From the NCBI RefSeq assembly GCF_048593235.1, contig NC_133619.1:637648558-637712557 (forward strand): a stretch of DNA of 64,000 bases, written 5' to 3'. This document shows, piece after piece, positions 1-17,528 of the stretch. This DNA is from Sminthopsis crassicaudata (lineage: Eukaryota). A model generated the notes under the pieces. It saw only the letters and a program-made list of their open reading frames with translations. It was not told where the DNA came from and searched no databases. The first letter of the stretch is position 1. Each line of letters opens with the position of its first letter. Made by a program: the position numbers and the translations under genes.

Positions 1-22
1 TTCCCCAGGCCAGAAGACTCAC

Positions 23-3336
<3,314 letters not shown>

Positions 3337-4099
3337 CTTCTGGGTTTTTAGGTCAGACTGGAGGGAGAGGGTCTGAGTCAGGGCCAAGGGCTCCCCACCC
3401 CTCTCATTTCTCACACCAAGAGGGCCCCCAGGGGGCCAATCCTCACGCCCCCTCTGCTCCCATTACCCACAAACCCCCAGTTTCTGCCTCCAAACACACA
3501 AAGGAGCCATTGAGGACCGCCCTGCCCCCCCCATACACAACTCCTCTTCCCCCAGGCTCGAGGCGCACCCCTCCCATTCTGAGCTCTGAGTTCCAAATGC
3601 AATACAGCAGCCAGACACAGTGAGAGCAAAAATAAACACAAAGTAACCCCAATATGTGGGGGAGGGGTGTTGACAACTGGGCCAATCAGCAAAGGCTGTC
3701 CAGAAGGGGGAGGGGAGCCTTTGGGGGTCCCAAACTGGGGTTGATTAATCAAGGTGAAAAGGACCGGGGACCCTACGATAGGGGGGTTGGGTCAAGGGTG
3801 CATCCCCTCCAGGGGGGGGAGGGGCCATGCCCCCCCAGTTCCCCTTCTTCCCAGGGACCCTCCTGGGCCGGCATCCTGCCTCACACGCCCGCCCCCCTGC
3901 ACACACACACACACCAGGGCCACAGGCCGTGACAGCCGCCCCCCCACACACACACAAACTGCACACACTTGCTCTTCCTGTGGCCTTCCTCTGGCCGCTC
4001 CCCATCGCATCCTAACAGCCCCCCCTCCCGTCCTCGGGGATCCCTAGTACTCGTCTCCTCCCCACACACGCTCGCGGAGCCTCCCCTGACACACTCGCC

Positions 4100-4900
4100 C
4101 TCAGGCCTCCGACACACTAATGTTTACACTACCCCGGACGTCCTCGCGCAAGGGCCCCCGCGGGGTCTCCCTGACACACTTCTCTCCCTCCCCCGCCCTC
4201 CCCGGACACGCTCATCCTCGCGCAGTCGCCCCCGCGGGGCGCCCCGACACACTTATTTTCACACTTCGCCGAACACCTCCCCCTCCCCCCCGCCCTCCCG
4301 GGGTCGCCAGGCCCCACTCGCCCCTCACAGGCACACGCACAGCTCCTCCCGGTCCCTCCAGCCGCGGGCCTTACCCCCGGGCGGGTCAGCTTCGCCCACT
4401 CCCGGGTTGCGCGGCTTCGGCTCCGGCTCCGGCGGACGCGACGTCAGACGAAGCGGCGGCGACGGCGACGGCGGCGGCGGTGACTGGGGCGGCTTATCTC
4501 TCGAGAATTCGCGAGAACCGGAACCGCGACGGCCACCTTGGGAGAGGCAAGAAAACAACACCGACTTCCGGCCGAGGGGCGCCATCTTAGGAGAGGCACA
4601 GGAGACCGGACGTGACGCAAAGAAGGAGGCGGGGAAAGACGGAAGAGCGTGGGGGCAGGCTGGAGCCGAAGAGAAAAAGAGGACGTCTGACGTGCGAGGA
4701 GCGCACGTGGGCTCTGGAGCGAGGGGGGAGGGGTTCCTGTGACGTCACAGAAGGGCCAAACTCCGGGGGGAGCCTAAGGGCCTGGAGTGCTTCTTCGCGT
4801 TCCGCGTCCGGGATGGCGGAGCCCTCCTTTTGTGCGTCACCGCTTGCCGAGACGCTGTTTGCCTTTCCTTTCTCAAAACGCTCTTGCCCCTCGTTCCTAC
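4100..4900 (-). promoter_or_regulatory. CpG-island promoter and probable non-coding exon 1 of SUPT5H
   Basis: CpG-dense. ETS motif ACTTCCGG near 4564, YY1-like GCCATCTT at 4581, perfect CRE TGACGTCA at 4740-4747, CGCG-element-like ATTCGCGAGA at 4507-4516. Candidate exon-1 donor GGG|GTAAGG at 4375/4374 is inferred. Confidence 0.8.
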
Positions 4901-5660
4901 CTCCGGGCCAAGGAAAATGGCATCATTATTTCATCCTACATTTTACAAAAAAGGAAACTGAGGCCGAGAGTGTGACTTCGGCCAATGGGGACCTTTCCGC
5001 TCCTCGCAGCCCGTGGCTTTGGGGGTGGTTTTTTGGTTATGTTTTACATTTTTCTCTAGCCAGCATTTTTTGTCTCCCTTCCCTTGCATTGGAAAAAAAA
5101 TTGGAACACACTTTCCTACTCAAGAAGAACAAAATCTTGCAATGTCGGGGTCAAAAATGTCTGCTTTTAAAAACAGTATTTTGCTTTTCCAAGTATGTAT
5201 AAAACTAGTCTTCAACTTTGCATTTTTATAAGATTTTGAGTCCAAAGTTTTTTCTCTCCCCTCCCCCCTGCACGCAATCTGGTGTATGTTATGCATGCAT
5301 AATTATCTTAAACATTGCTACGTAGTCACGTAGTGGAAAAAAAAAAAAATCAGAACAAAGGGGTGTGTCTAGCCGACATCTAGGTGGTTCAGCCCATAAA
5401 GCTCCGAAGTCCCGAGGCCAAGAGATCCAAACTACACGCTGACACTCTACATAGAACCCGGAGCAAGTCACCTCAGCTAGATTGCCTAAAAAACCGAAAA
5501 AAGTACGTCTCCCTATGGCAAGTCCTGAATGTCCGGTCACGAGGTTGGGCAGTCTATGAGAAACTTTGTCTCTATGCTGCTGTTTATCACCATGTAAATT
5601 GATATTTCCATTTAATTCTTCATTTGTTCAATCCTTTCTCAGAAACTCTCAGTTTCGTAA

Positions 5661-5811
5661 TTTTTTTTTTTTTCTTTTTCTGAGGCTAGGGTTAAGTGAC
5701 TTGCCCAGGTTCACACAGCTAGGAAGTGTTAAGTGTCTGAGATCAAATTTGAACTCGGGTCCTCCTGAATTCAGGGCTGGTGCTCTATCCACTGCGCCAC
5801 CTAGCTGCCCC
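5661..5811 (-). mobile_element. WSINE1-like SINE with target-site duplication
   Basis: Full antisense SINE with poly-T tail; flanks AGTTTCGTAATTT (5651-5663) and AGTTTCGTCATTT (5813-5825). Confidence 0.92.
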
Positions 5812-5959
5812 TAGTTTCGTCATTTCTTATGGCTTACGTTGCCAATCTGCTGAGGATGGGCAAAGTTAAACTTCTTAATTAGAAATTTGGAGCATTTATT
5901 TTTCCAAAAAAAATTTTTTTTAATAACCTGGATTTTTTTTTTCCCCTTGAAAATTGAGT

Positions 5960-6330
5960 TTCACATCCTTTAACCACTTCTCTATGGGAGAATAGCTCTT
6001 GCTCTCATCGATTTAAATTAATTCCTTGTATATCTTGGAAATGACATCAGATCAATTTTATGCAAAGATTTTTCCCCAAATAACTTTCCCTTATAACCTT
6101 CACTGGATTGGTTTTGTTTGTGCAAAAATTATTTCATTTTATGTAATTAAATTTCCCTTTTTATCTTATTTTGTTTCATCTCTTTATCTTCATTTTAAAA
6201 TTTTTTCTATCCACATTTGATCATAAAACTCTTTCCCCAGATCTGAAAGCAAATTTTTTCCTTGCTCTCCCAATTTGTTTATAATGTGACATTTTCTATT
6301 TAACATATGAATCCATTTAGTGTTTGTTTA
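5960..6330 (-). mobile_element. Degenerate L1 ORF2 3' fragment
   Basis: AT-rich sequence resembling antisense L1 ORF2 from memory; boundaries approximate. Confidence 0.6.
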
Positions 6331-6438
6331 CTTTGATACATAGTGTGAATTGTGAGTCTAACTAAGTCTAGTTTCTGGCAAACTTCCAGTTTTGCCAGTA
6401 TCTTTTCCCAAATTTTAAGTCTATAATTATTATCCCAA

Positions 6439-6655
6439 TGTTGTTCAGTGGTATCCAACTCTTCATGATCCCATTTGGGAATTTTCTTGGCAAGGACACT
6501 GGCATGGTTTGCCATTTCTTTTTCCTGCTCATTTTACAGATGAGAAAACTGAGGCAAACAAGGTAAAGTGAGTTGCCCAACATCATATAGCTAATCAGTA
6601 TCTGAGGCTGGGTTTGAACTCAGGAAGATGAAATTACCTGACTCTGGGCTGAAAT
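6439..6655 (-). mobile_element. Mar1-type SINE (RTE-like tail plus MIR core)
   Basis: TGTTGTTCAGT...CCCATTTGGG...TTTTCTTGGCAA...TTTGCCATTT...ATTTTACAGATGAGAAAACTGAGGC. Confidence 0.85.
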
Positions 6656-6659
6656 TTCT

Positions 6660-7130
6660 AAAAAATATCAAGTAAGAGGGTTGATAATAGACTTTATCCC
6701 TGATCTTACTAGAAAAGCCTCAAGTTTATTTTCATCACATATAATATTAACTCTTGGGGACAGCAAGATGCTATTTACCATATTAAAGATGAATACATTT
6801 ATTCCTATATTTTTTAGTATTTTTAACAGAAATGGGTGTTGTATTTTGTCAAAAGCTCTTCTTTTCTGCATCTATTGCTATAGTAGTATGATTTGTTTTT
6901 TCTTATTCTTCATATGGTCTGTTATTTTAAGTTTTCCTACTAGTGAAGAAATACTGTACTTACAGTAGAAACACAACAGAATGTCTATCCTTTCTAATAT
7001 GACATTGAAGCCTCTGTCAATGTTTTCTTCCAAATTTTGCATCTATATTCATTAGGAAGTCGCCTATAATTAACTTTCTCTGTTTTGACTCTCCCTGATT
7101 TAGGCATCAAGACCACACACACTTGTCTAG
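6660..7130 (-). mobile_element. L1 ORF2 reverse-transcriptase fragment
   Basis: ORF 6668-6871 translates to AFDKIQHPFLLKILKNIGIN...NIICDENKLEAFLVRSG, the L1 RT motif. Confidence 0.9.
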
Positions 7131-7199
7131 TAGAAGGCATTTGTTTAGTATCTCATATTTTCCCATACTATTAATATTATAAATATATTTTGAATTTTT

Positions 7200-8460
7200 T
7201 GAATCAATCAGTAAATATTTATTAAGCAACTATTAGTCTCAGGTACCAAGCTTGATGTTAAAACATAGGGGATAACAAAAAAGGCCAATCAGTCCTTGGC
7301 CTTGGGGAGCTTATCAATAATGGAGATATATGCAAAATAAGGTATATACACGATAAATAGGAAATTAAAATTAACTGAAGGAAGGTACTGGAGCATAGGA
7401 GATGTTAGGGAAGGCTTTCCTTTTTTATTATTATTAAAGCTTTTTATTTACAAAACATATGCATAGGTAATTTTTCAACATCAATCCTTGCAAAACCTTT
7501 TGTCCAATTTTTCCCCTCCTTCCTCCCCATCCCCTCCAATACATGCTAAAGATGTTAAATATATGTTAAATCCAATATATTTTTACATATTTAAACAGTT
7601 ATCTTGCTACAAAAGAAAAATCAAATCAGAAAGGAAAAAAATGAGAAAAAACAAAATGCAAATGAACAACAACAGAAAGAGTAAGAATGTTATGTTGGGA
7701 TCCACACAAGGTTCCCACTATCCTCTCTCTGGGTGTAGCTGGCTCTCTTCTTCATCATTGAATAATTGGAATTGATTTGGTTCATCTCATTGTTGAAAAG
7801 ATCCGCGTCTATCAGAATTGATCATGGTATAGTCTTGTTGTTGCCGTGTATAATGATCTCCCAGTTCTACTCACTTCACTCAGCATCAGTTCTGTCTTTC
7901 CAGGCCTCTCTGAAATCATCCTGGTGGTCATTTTTAAGGGAGGGCTTTCTATAGAAGGTGGGATTTTAGTTGGGACTTAAGGGAAACCAGGAGGTCAGTA
8001 GGCAGGTAGATCACCTGGTATTCCAGACCTGGATTGGAATTGGGGGTCAGGGTACATAGCTAGAAAGAATGCCTAGAGTCTGCAAATGAAGTCTTGTTTT
8101 GTTTTGTTTTTTCCCTTGAGTGTCATTGGATTGAGATCCAATGTGGGGGGAGGGGGGGAGTTGAGAGTAAAGTCTAAGAAGTCTGTAAAGGCAGGAGGGA
8201 TCAGATTATGAGAGGCTTTGAAGGCCAAATAGTTTGTATTTGATACTAGAAGCAAAAGGGAGCCCCAGGAGTTTATTGAGTGGGGGTGATGGCTTAATCA
8301 GGCCTGTGCTTTAGGAAAATCACTGGTGGCTGAATGAGTAGATTGGAGTGGGGAGAGACACCCGTCCCCCAAGTAGCAATGGCAATAATCCAGGTGTGAG
8401 TTAAAGAGGGTCAGCACTAGGGGAGTGGCAGTGTCAGAAGAGAACTTGACAGGCCACAGC
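7200..8460 (-). mobile_element. Old L2 element interrupted by the L1 at 7421-7936
   Basis: L2-like 3' end (AATCAATCAGTAAATATTTATTAAGC) at about 7200; L2-like body resumes after 7950. Confidence 0.7.
7421..7936 (-). mobile_element. 5'-truncated marsupial L1 3' end with TSD
   Basis: Starts TTTTTTATTATTATTAAAGCTTTTTATTT and follows the marsupial L1 3'UTR pattern; flanks AGGGAAGGCTTTCC (7407-7420) and AGGGAGGGCTTTCT (7937-7950). Confidence 0.88.
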
Positions 8461-8469
8461 TTCCATGGG

Positions 8470-9200
8470 AGGAGAGGGGAATGAAGTCTGTTTAATTTGT
8501 TTTTCCAAGATTATTTACATCATTTATATTCTCTACTTATTCTGTTAGTCTGAGCACTTTATATTTTTGTAATTATCCATATCAATTCAATTGTCAGTTT
8601 TCTTGACATATATTGGGGCAAAATACTTCCAAATAATTTCCTTTCTTTTTTACAAGTACTTTCCTTTATCATTTTAGTTACTGGAAATTTGATTTTCCAA
8701 TTAAAAATTTCGATGAGGTTTTTATTCCAGTGACTTTAACTTGAGTGCTGATTTTAGTAATTCAATGGGGTTTTGCTGTCAATTTTATTCTCTTTGATCT
8801 CTGGAATTTTTATTTTGGAGCTAAATTGGGCTCATTAAATTCGGTGATTTTCTAAGATTTGTTTTACTTGCATGCCCATTTATTCAACTGTCCTTCCTTT
8901 TGTTGATCTGTGTTTAGAAAGATATATTTTCCCCACAGGGCAGCTTTATCTGTATCCTAGCAACATTGATATATTGTCCCAGAGTGGTAATGAAATGATA
9001 AATCATTTCCACGGTTTGCTCTTTAACTCACAAATTCTTTGGTTCCCAATTGATTTTTAATTCATTTGCCCTAATTTACTGAAGAAAATTTGTCATTGTG
9101 TTATTAACTTTGCGTGAGAGCATGAGTCAAAGTACCACCTTCATCCTGCACAGAGCCATAAATAAATTGATCATTGATGAATTGAGTCACTTTGTCAAAG
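8470..9200 (-). mobile_element. Highly decayed L1 ORF2 fragment
   Basis: Minus-strand translation fragments resemble L1 ORF2 (LKINW...), with many stops. Confidence 0.5.
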
Positions 9201-10169
9201 CCCTTCCCAGAAGCTCTAATCCTACGTGGGGAAATGGAGGTGAAAAGGGAAGAAATGATGAGGAGGTTGGGCCTTCCTTGAGTGATAGTGATGTGAAACT
9301 TCCTAACTTATCCTCAGGTCAGTTCTCCCAGACTGTCTCAGGGCATAGAATGAGAGGCAGAAACTGTTAATCAGGATTCAGTCTTCATTCTCTCAGTCAT
9401 ATGAAGCAGAAATACTTGATTAAATCATGGTCTCAGAGGCTGTCATGCATTGTATGAGAAGTTAGGTCTTCACAAATATTGTCAAAACAGGATGGAGGGT
9501 GAAGTATCTGGTGGAGAGATCTCCAAATGATCACCAGGCGAGTCTGTGAACTGGCTAAGCAACAGTTCCTGACAAAAGGGCCTGGGCCTACACAGACTAG
9601 GGTGAATACAGGGTGCGTAAAGGTGCAAATCCGGCCAAGGGTAATTTTGTAATCTGGGCCTTGAAGGGTGGCTTGCTGGCTCCTACATTCAATGTGTCTC
9701 CCTGGGAGAGTCACCCTAAAGGAGTGCTCCCGCATGAGCTTGCAGCTGGGGAAGTGGTGGGCTTACTCCCCGACCCAAAGGGCCTTTTTGAGACCATCTA
9801 GTCAGTGTCTTTCAGATAAAACAAAAGGAACTTCGTTTTTTTCAGAGTATCTTTGGGACAAACTCAACATCTCAATACACATCTGTTACTTCCGGATCCT
9901 GCTCCCCCTGAGCTATAAAGCTATAAAACAAATTGCTCATTGAGTATGGCTGCCTTTCCCATTTGTTCTTGCTTGAGCCCATGAAGCTATTTCACATAAA
10001 AGTAGTAAATCTTTGTAACCCGTGATGGACGCTTATGACATAATTCCTTGTGTAGATTGAATCTTTACGCTCTCCCAAATATACTTCATGTTATCGCTTC
10101 TGGTCTTTTTTTTTACCCCTTCGGTGCCATTCACAGCTTGACCGTGCTCATCAGTACCCAAAGCAGAAA

Positions 10170-10400
10170 CCCAAGCCATCTTCCGGGGTTCAAATCTGGC
10201 CCTGGCACTAAATAGTTGTGTGACCAGGGCAAGCCACTTCAGTTTTCACATCTGTAAAAAGAGCTCTCCACCCAGTCCCACCCAGTCTTAGTAGTGTCAG
10301 TTCCCAAAACTCAGGGACAATGTTTTTTTTCCTATCTGCATTCCCAGGGCTTAGTACTTAGAGTGAGGCACTTAGTAGGTGCTTAATACATATTTATTCA
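10170..10400 (+). mobile_element. MIR / L2 3'-end remnants
   Basis: TTCAAATCTGGC...GTGTGACCAGGGCAAG...CATCTGTAAAA followed by CACTTAGTAGGTGCTTAATA. Confidence 0.65.
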
Positions 10401-11962
10401 TGGAATGACAAGGTTAGAAAGTGTAATGATTCTAAGAGCAATTAGATGGAATCACCATCCATCTGGGTAGAGACCCGGACTCTGGACAGGGACTCCACCT
10501 TTGGAACCTGGTACTGGGGAGGATGGCATGACCTTTCCAGGCTACCTTCAGGGGCATCTGGCAAAAGTACTAGGACATGACAGTGACTAGCTACTTATGT
10601 GAACTGGTTGTCTCCTCCCTGTCGGGCAAGGATTGATCAAGGTAAACATCCACAGTGGGTTCTAGAAGGGCGGCCCTTGGGGCTCCTTTATGTCCCAGCA
10701 CAGGGCTTGGCACTTCAGACAGGGGCAAGGGCAGGTGACCCTTCCTCCACCTCCTTCCTTACTGCTCATTGCTATCCTAGGGCCCCTTGATCTGGCCTCT
10801 CCAAAGTATCAGAGACAGCCCCTAAAACTGGGTGGCCCCATCAGTCTTGCTCCTCTCTCCACCACACATGTAAGGCAGAGTCCCATCCTCCCCACCCCCA
10901 AAAGTCTTGGGCAATAATTCCAGGATCCTGGTGACTTTTGTCCCCTGTGAACAGTGTTTTGAAACTGGTCAATTTGGAAGAATAATAATAACTAGGAGGA
11001 AAAATAATTGCTTTGCGGTCATTTAAACTGTGGAATCAGGGGGGGGGGCGTCCAGACAACTTGTGTGGGCCTCAGAAATGCTTTATAAGATCCCCTAAAT
11101 GTGATTGAACCGTTCCTCTTTCCACGTGTCTATGTTTGCTGGGTCAGTCACAGTTAGGCCCGGCCTCCAACCAGAGTCCAGGAGGCAGGACGGGAGGAAC
11201 CACCCATGGGTGGTAACCTTAGCCAAGGCCCGGGAGAAGGCAGCCCCTCAAGGACGGTCACAGGAGGACTTGCCCAGGGTCCCTCAGCTGATCCCAGAAG
11301 CTCAGCCTTCTTTCCACTCCAACACGATGGCTTTGAAGGACGAGGGGGTGGGATGTGGACAGGGAGAGTGAAGTTAGCGGGGGTCATTCTAGGAGGAGGG
11401 AAGCTGAGGCCGGGAACCCTGGCACCCTCTTTGGGGAGGTAAGAGGTGCTCGGGGCTGGAGCGAAGAGATGGGACCAGAAAGGATCGAGGGCAAAGGAGG
11501 GTCTCGGGAGTTAACAGGTGATCACTCCTTATGAACACTTAAGTGCCAACTCAGTGCCTCACCAAGCGCTGGGGGCTTGTGAAGAGCGGGCAGAAAGGGG
11601 CACTGGGGAATCCTAGACCGAAGGTGGAAGGAAAGGGCGATGGCAGTCACAGACAGGGCCGGGCTCTGACCTCAAGCCCACTCCTCCTTCTCCCATGGGA
11701 AGGAGCCCCTGGCACCTGAGCTCCTACTCAGGCCCTCCCTGTAGGGATGGGTCTTCCCTAGTTCCTCCCCACCCTCAGGCCTACTGGCATTCCAGATGTA
11801 GAAGTGGTAAGGGGGGCTTCTAGAGCCCAAAGGCAAGGGCGGAGGTAAAAATTCGGTGTCAAGACTGGATTAAGGGAGCCCTTTCCTCCCCACCCTCCTT
11901 CCCTGAGGGATACCTGGGGCCTCTCCTGGGATCTGGAGGGCGGGTACCTTGGCCATCGCCCC

Positions 11963-12911
11963 TCACCCAGCCTGATGGGCTCCAGCACAGGCAGCCTGCA
12001 GTAACTCCAGAAGTTTGGCCAAGAATTGGGGGACAGGCCTCTCAGGGTGTCCTTCGCAGATGGGGCAGGGCCCCGAGACAGCTCCCCCCCTGACTCCCCA
12101 CAGGTGGGGCCCCAGGGCTTTCAAGGAGCGCTGCAGCCGGCTCACGATCCTCCCTGTCAGCGGAGCCTCCTCGTAGCCAATCACAGACAGCTCCAGGACA
12201 AAGCAGTGCAGACTCTCCATGGGGCACACCTACAGAGACCGCATTTCCATCCTGCCCTGGGGCTCCCCGGGCACAGAACTGGACCCAGTCCCAGCCCCTG
12301 GCATTCCCCGGCTTGACGTGCCATTGCGGGCCCACTGCCTCCGTCCTGCCCTGCGGGAGCCCTGGCAGAGATGCCCTAAACTCCATCCCTGGAAGAACGG
12401 AGGCTAATGGAGACTAACCACACCCCCCAAGGGGTCCTGCCAGGGCGCGAGCAGCGGCTCCTCAAAATGCGCCCCCAAGACCCAAACCGCCAACTTGAGG
12501 CACGCCCCCTCCCCAGAGGGAAATCCAAGGGGAGCGGCTGGGGGGGCACTTGCCTCAGGTCCGGGCCGGCAGGTTTGCCCCTGACTTTCTCCTCCCCTCC
12601 AAACAGCAAAGAGAAGCACGGCCCCCTCGGGACCGGCTGGTAAGGAGAGTGTACTCACAGAGAGGCTGTCCGGAGTATAAAGGGTCCCATCATTTCCACT
12701 GCCCTGGGATTGGAGGGGCAAGAGCTGGCCACCGGAATGCCCAGGCTTCTTTGCCAACGTGCCCTGCCGACCCGTGCCCACCACCCCACCCCCCCAGCCT
12801 GCCACTCACTAGGGCCTCCATGAGAGCTACAAGTCCCTCGAAGGGCTCCCAAGGGCAGCTGGGGCCCCCCGCGGAGTGGGTCAACACAAGCAAGGCCCAG
12901 AAGAGCCACAT
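11963..12911 (-). CDS. IL15L: Interleukin-15-like cytokine (IL-15L), intact 137-aa ORF in three coding exons
   Basis: Exons 12911-12810 (102 nt, CTA|GTGAGT), 12703-12659 (45 nt, CCCAG| and TCT|GTGAGT) and 12229-11963 (267 nt, CTGTAG|, ends TGA); both introns phase 0. Protein: MWLFWALLVLTHSAGGPSCPWEPFEGLVALMEALGSGNDGTLYTPDSLSVCPMESLHCFVLELSVIGYEEAPLTGRIVSRLQRSLKALGPHLWGVRGGAVSGPCPICEGHPERPVPQFLAKLLELLQAACAGAHQAG. It has a signal peptide and IL-15 motifs DxTLYT, CFxLELxVI, CxxCE and FL...Q. Position between SUPT5H and RPS16 matches the recalled IL15L locus. Confidence 0.93.
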
Positions 12912-13979
12912 GGGCGGCGGCGGTGAGGGGAGGGCCGCTGGGACCCATCTCCCTGGCCTGCGGAGCGGAGACTCAGGCGCCTGCAGGAGACAGATGGTGG
13001 GAGGGGCAGGGGTTAGAGTGCAGGGGGGAAGGGCAGCGTTCTGAGTGCTGTGCACAGAAACCCCAGAACCCAAACTTTGGGGAGGCTCCCAGTGCCCTCC
13101 CAGCCTGGGGGTGGGGGAGGGGGCCCAGCCCCCCCCCATGCAGGCTGCCCCATGTTGGCACTGACTTAGGCAGCGGGGAGCACTTCCTCCCCAGCGGGAG
13201 CACTTGCCTGCCTCAGTTTCCTCCTTTCACGGAGGGGGGGGTCCTACTCGTGCAGTGCTTTGCAAACCTTCCCGCGGGCCGACTCTCTGGATCTGGGGCC
13301 TCTGTCAGGAGCGGGTCTCCCGAGGCAGGAGCGGGGCCCGCGCGGGCCCCTTTCTCTCCCCTCCCCCCATCACTCACTCATCCTTCATCTAGGGGGATCC
13401 TCTGCTCGGCTTCAGCTAGGAGTGACCCGAGGGAGCTTTCTGGCTGGACTGGGAGGCGGCCCCTTCCCCTCCGGCCGGGCAGCCAGAGAAGGTAAAGTGC
13501 CAGAGGTCTTCGGGGTGTCGGGACACATGGACACGCCCCCTCCTACCTTTGACCTCCCCGGGGAGAAGGGGAAGCTGGGGAAACTGAGGTGGCTCAAAGG
13601 AAGAGGGGCCCCTCCCCCAACTGAGCAACAGGGATGGGAAGGGCTGGCTTCCGGGGGGGGGCTGGGGGCTTGCGGAGAGTTTGGGGAGAAGGGTCTGGGG
13701 TGGACCCGAGGATCTCCACAAGAGAGGAGATGAAGGAAGAAGGAGAAGCTTAAAGTGGAGAGGGTCCGGAGGGGGAGGGGCCTGGGAGGGTTGGAGGGGG
13801 TCTCGGGAGGAGAATCTGGAGGCAGAACTCTTGGGGTTGGGGGCGGGTCGGAGGTCGGGGGGGGGTAAAGGAATCTTCACGGGGGAAGTTGGGGAGAGGA
13901 AAGAGAGACAGGCAGGAGTCTGGAGAGAGATGGGAGTCTGGGAGGAAGGGCCAGGATTGGAAAGGTAGGGGGCGGGCTC

Positions 13980-14329
13980 AAGAGGTGACCATGTAAATGA
14001 CAGGAGACTCAGCCAATAAGGACCGACATCACTTCCTGCGGCTGGGTTATTGGTCTCTCCCTCGTACAGAAAGGCTCTGCTCCGCCCCTACCGTAAAGTG
14101 CCACCGTCGTACTTCCAAGGTCCAGCCCTCTTTCTCCGCCGAGCGGCTTTACAGAGCGTCTGCGCCTGCGCAAACTCTGGAAAACAGCCCTCGCATCGCC
14201 GCCCGTTCCTTTCGTGCTTCGGCGCCGCGCGGGTGAGGAGCTCACGTCTTCGGCTTCTGTCGCCGCCGCCGCCGCCGCCGCCTCCGCCACCTCCATCTCT
14301 GCTCTGCGCCCGCGTCGCCAATCAACAGC
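13980..14329. promoter_or_regulatory. RPS16 CpG promoter and 5'UTR, probably bidirectional
   Basis: CCAAT at 14013, ATTGG at 14049, ETS ACTTCC at 14031 and 14111, NRF1-like TGCGCCTGCGCA at 14161-14172. TOP-like TTCCTTTC at 14206-14213 is followed by GGCGCCGCGCGGGTGAGG, as in recalled human RPS16 5'UTR. Confidence 0.8.
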
Positions 14330-17492
<3,163 letters not shown>

Positions 17493-17522
17493 GGCAACTG
17501 CTACCATTGTGGGGTTTTTTGC

Positions 17523-17528
17523 AATAAA
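17523..17528 (+). terminator. RPS16 polyadenylation signal AATAAA
   Basis: 30 nt after the stop codon. Confidence 0.85.

Noticed and set aside
3969-4742. 257-aa plus-strand ORF in the SUPT5H promoter
   Set aside because: Pro/Arg/Gly-rich with no recognisable domain; expected from stop-poor CpG-island sequence.
9230-10180. RTE reverse-transcriptase-like motif GGLLAPTF and nearby short ORFs
   Set aside because: Only one weak motif with no flanking RT motifs; probably an old repeat, but I cannot assign a family without RepeatMasker.
12026-13495. Plus-strand ORFs overlapping IL15L
   Set aside because: Antisense shadows of GC-rich sequence with no motifs; the minus-strand spliced model explains the region.
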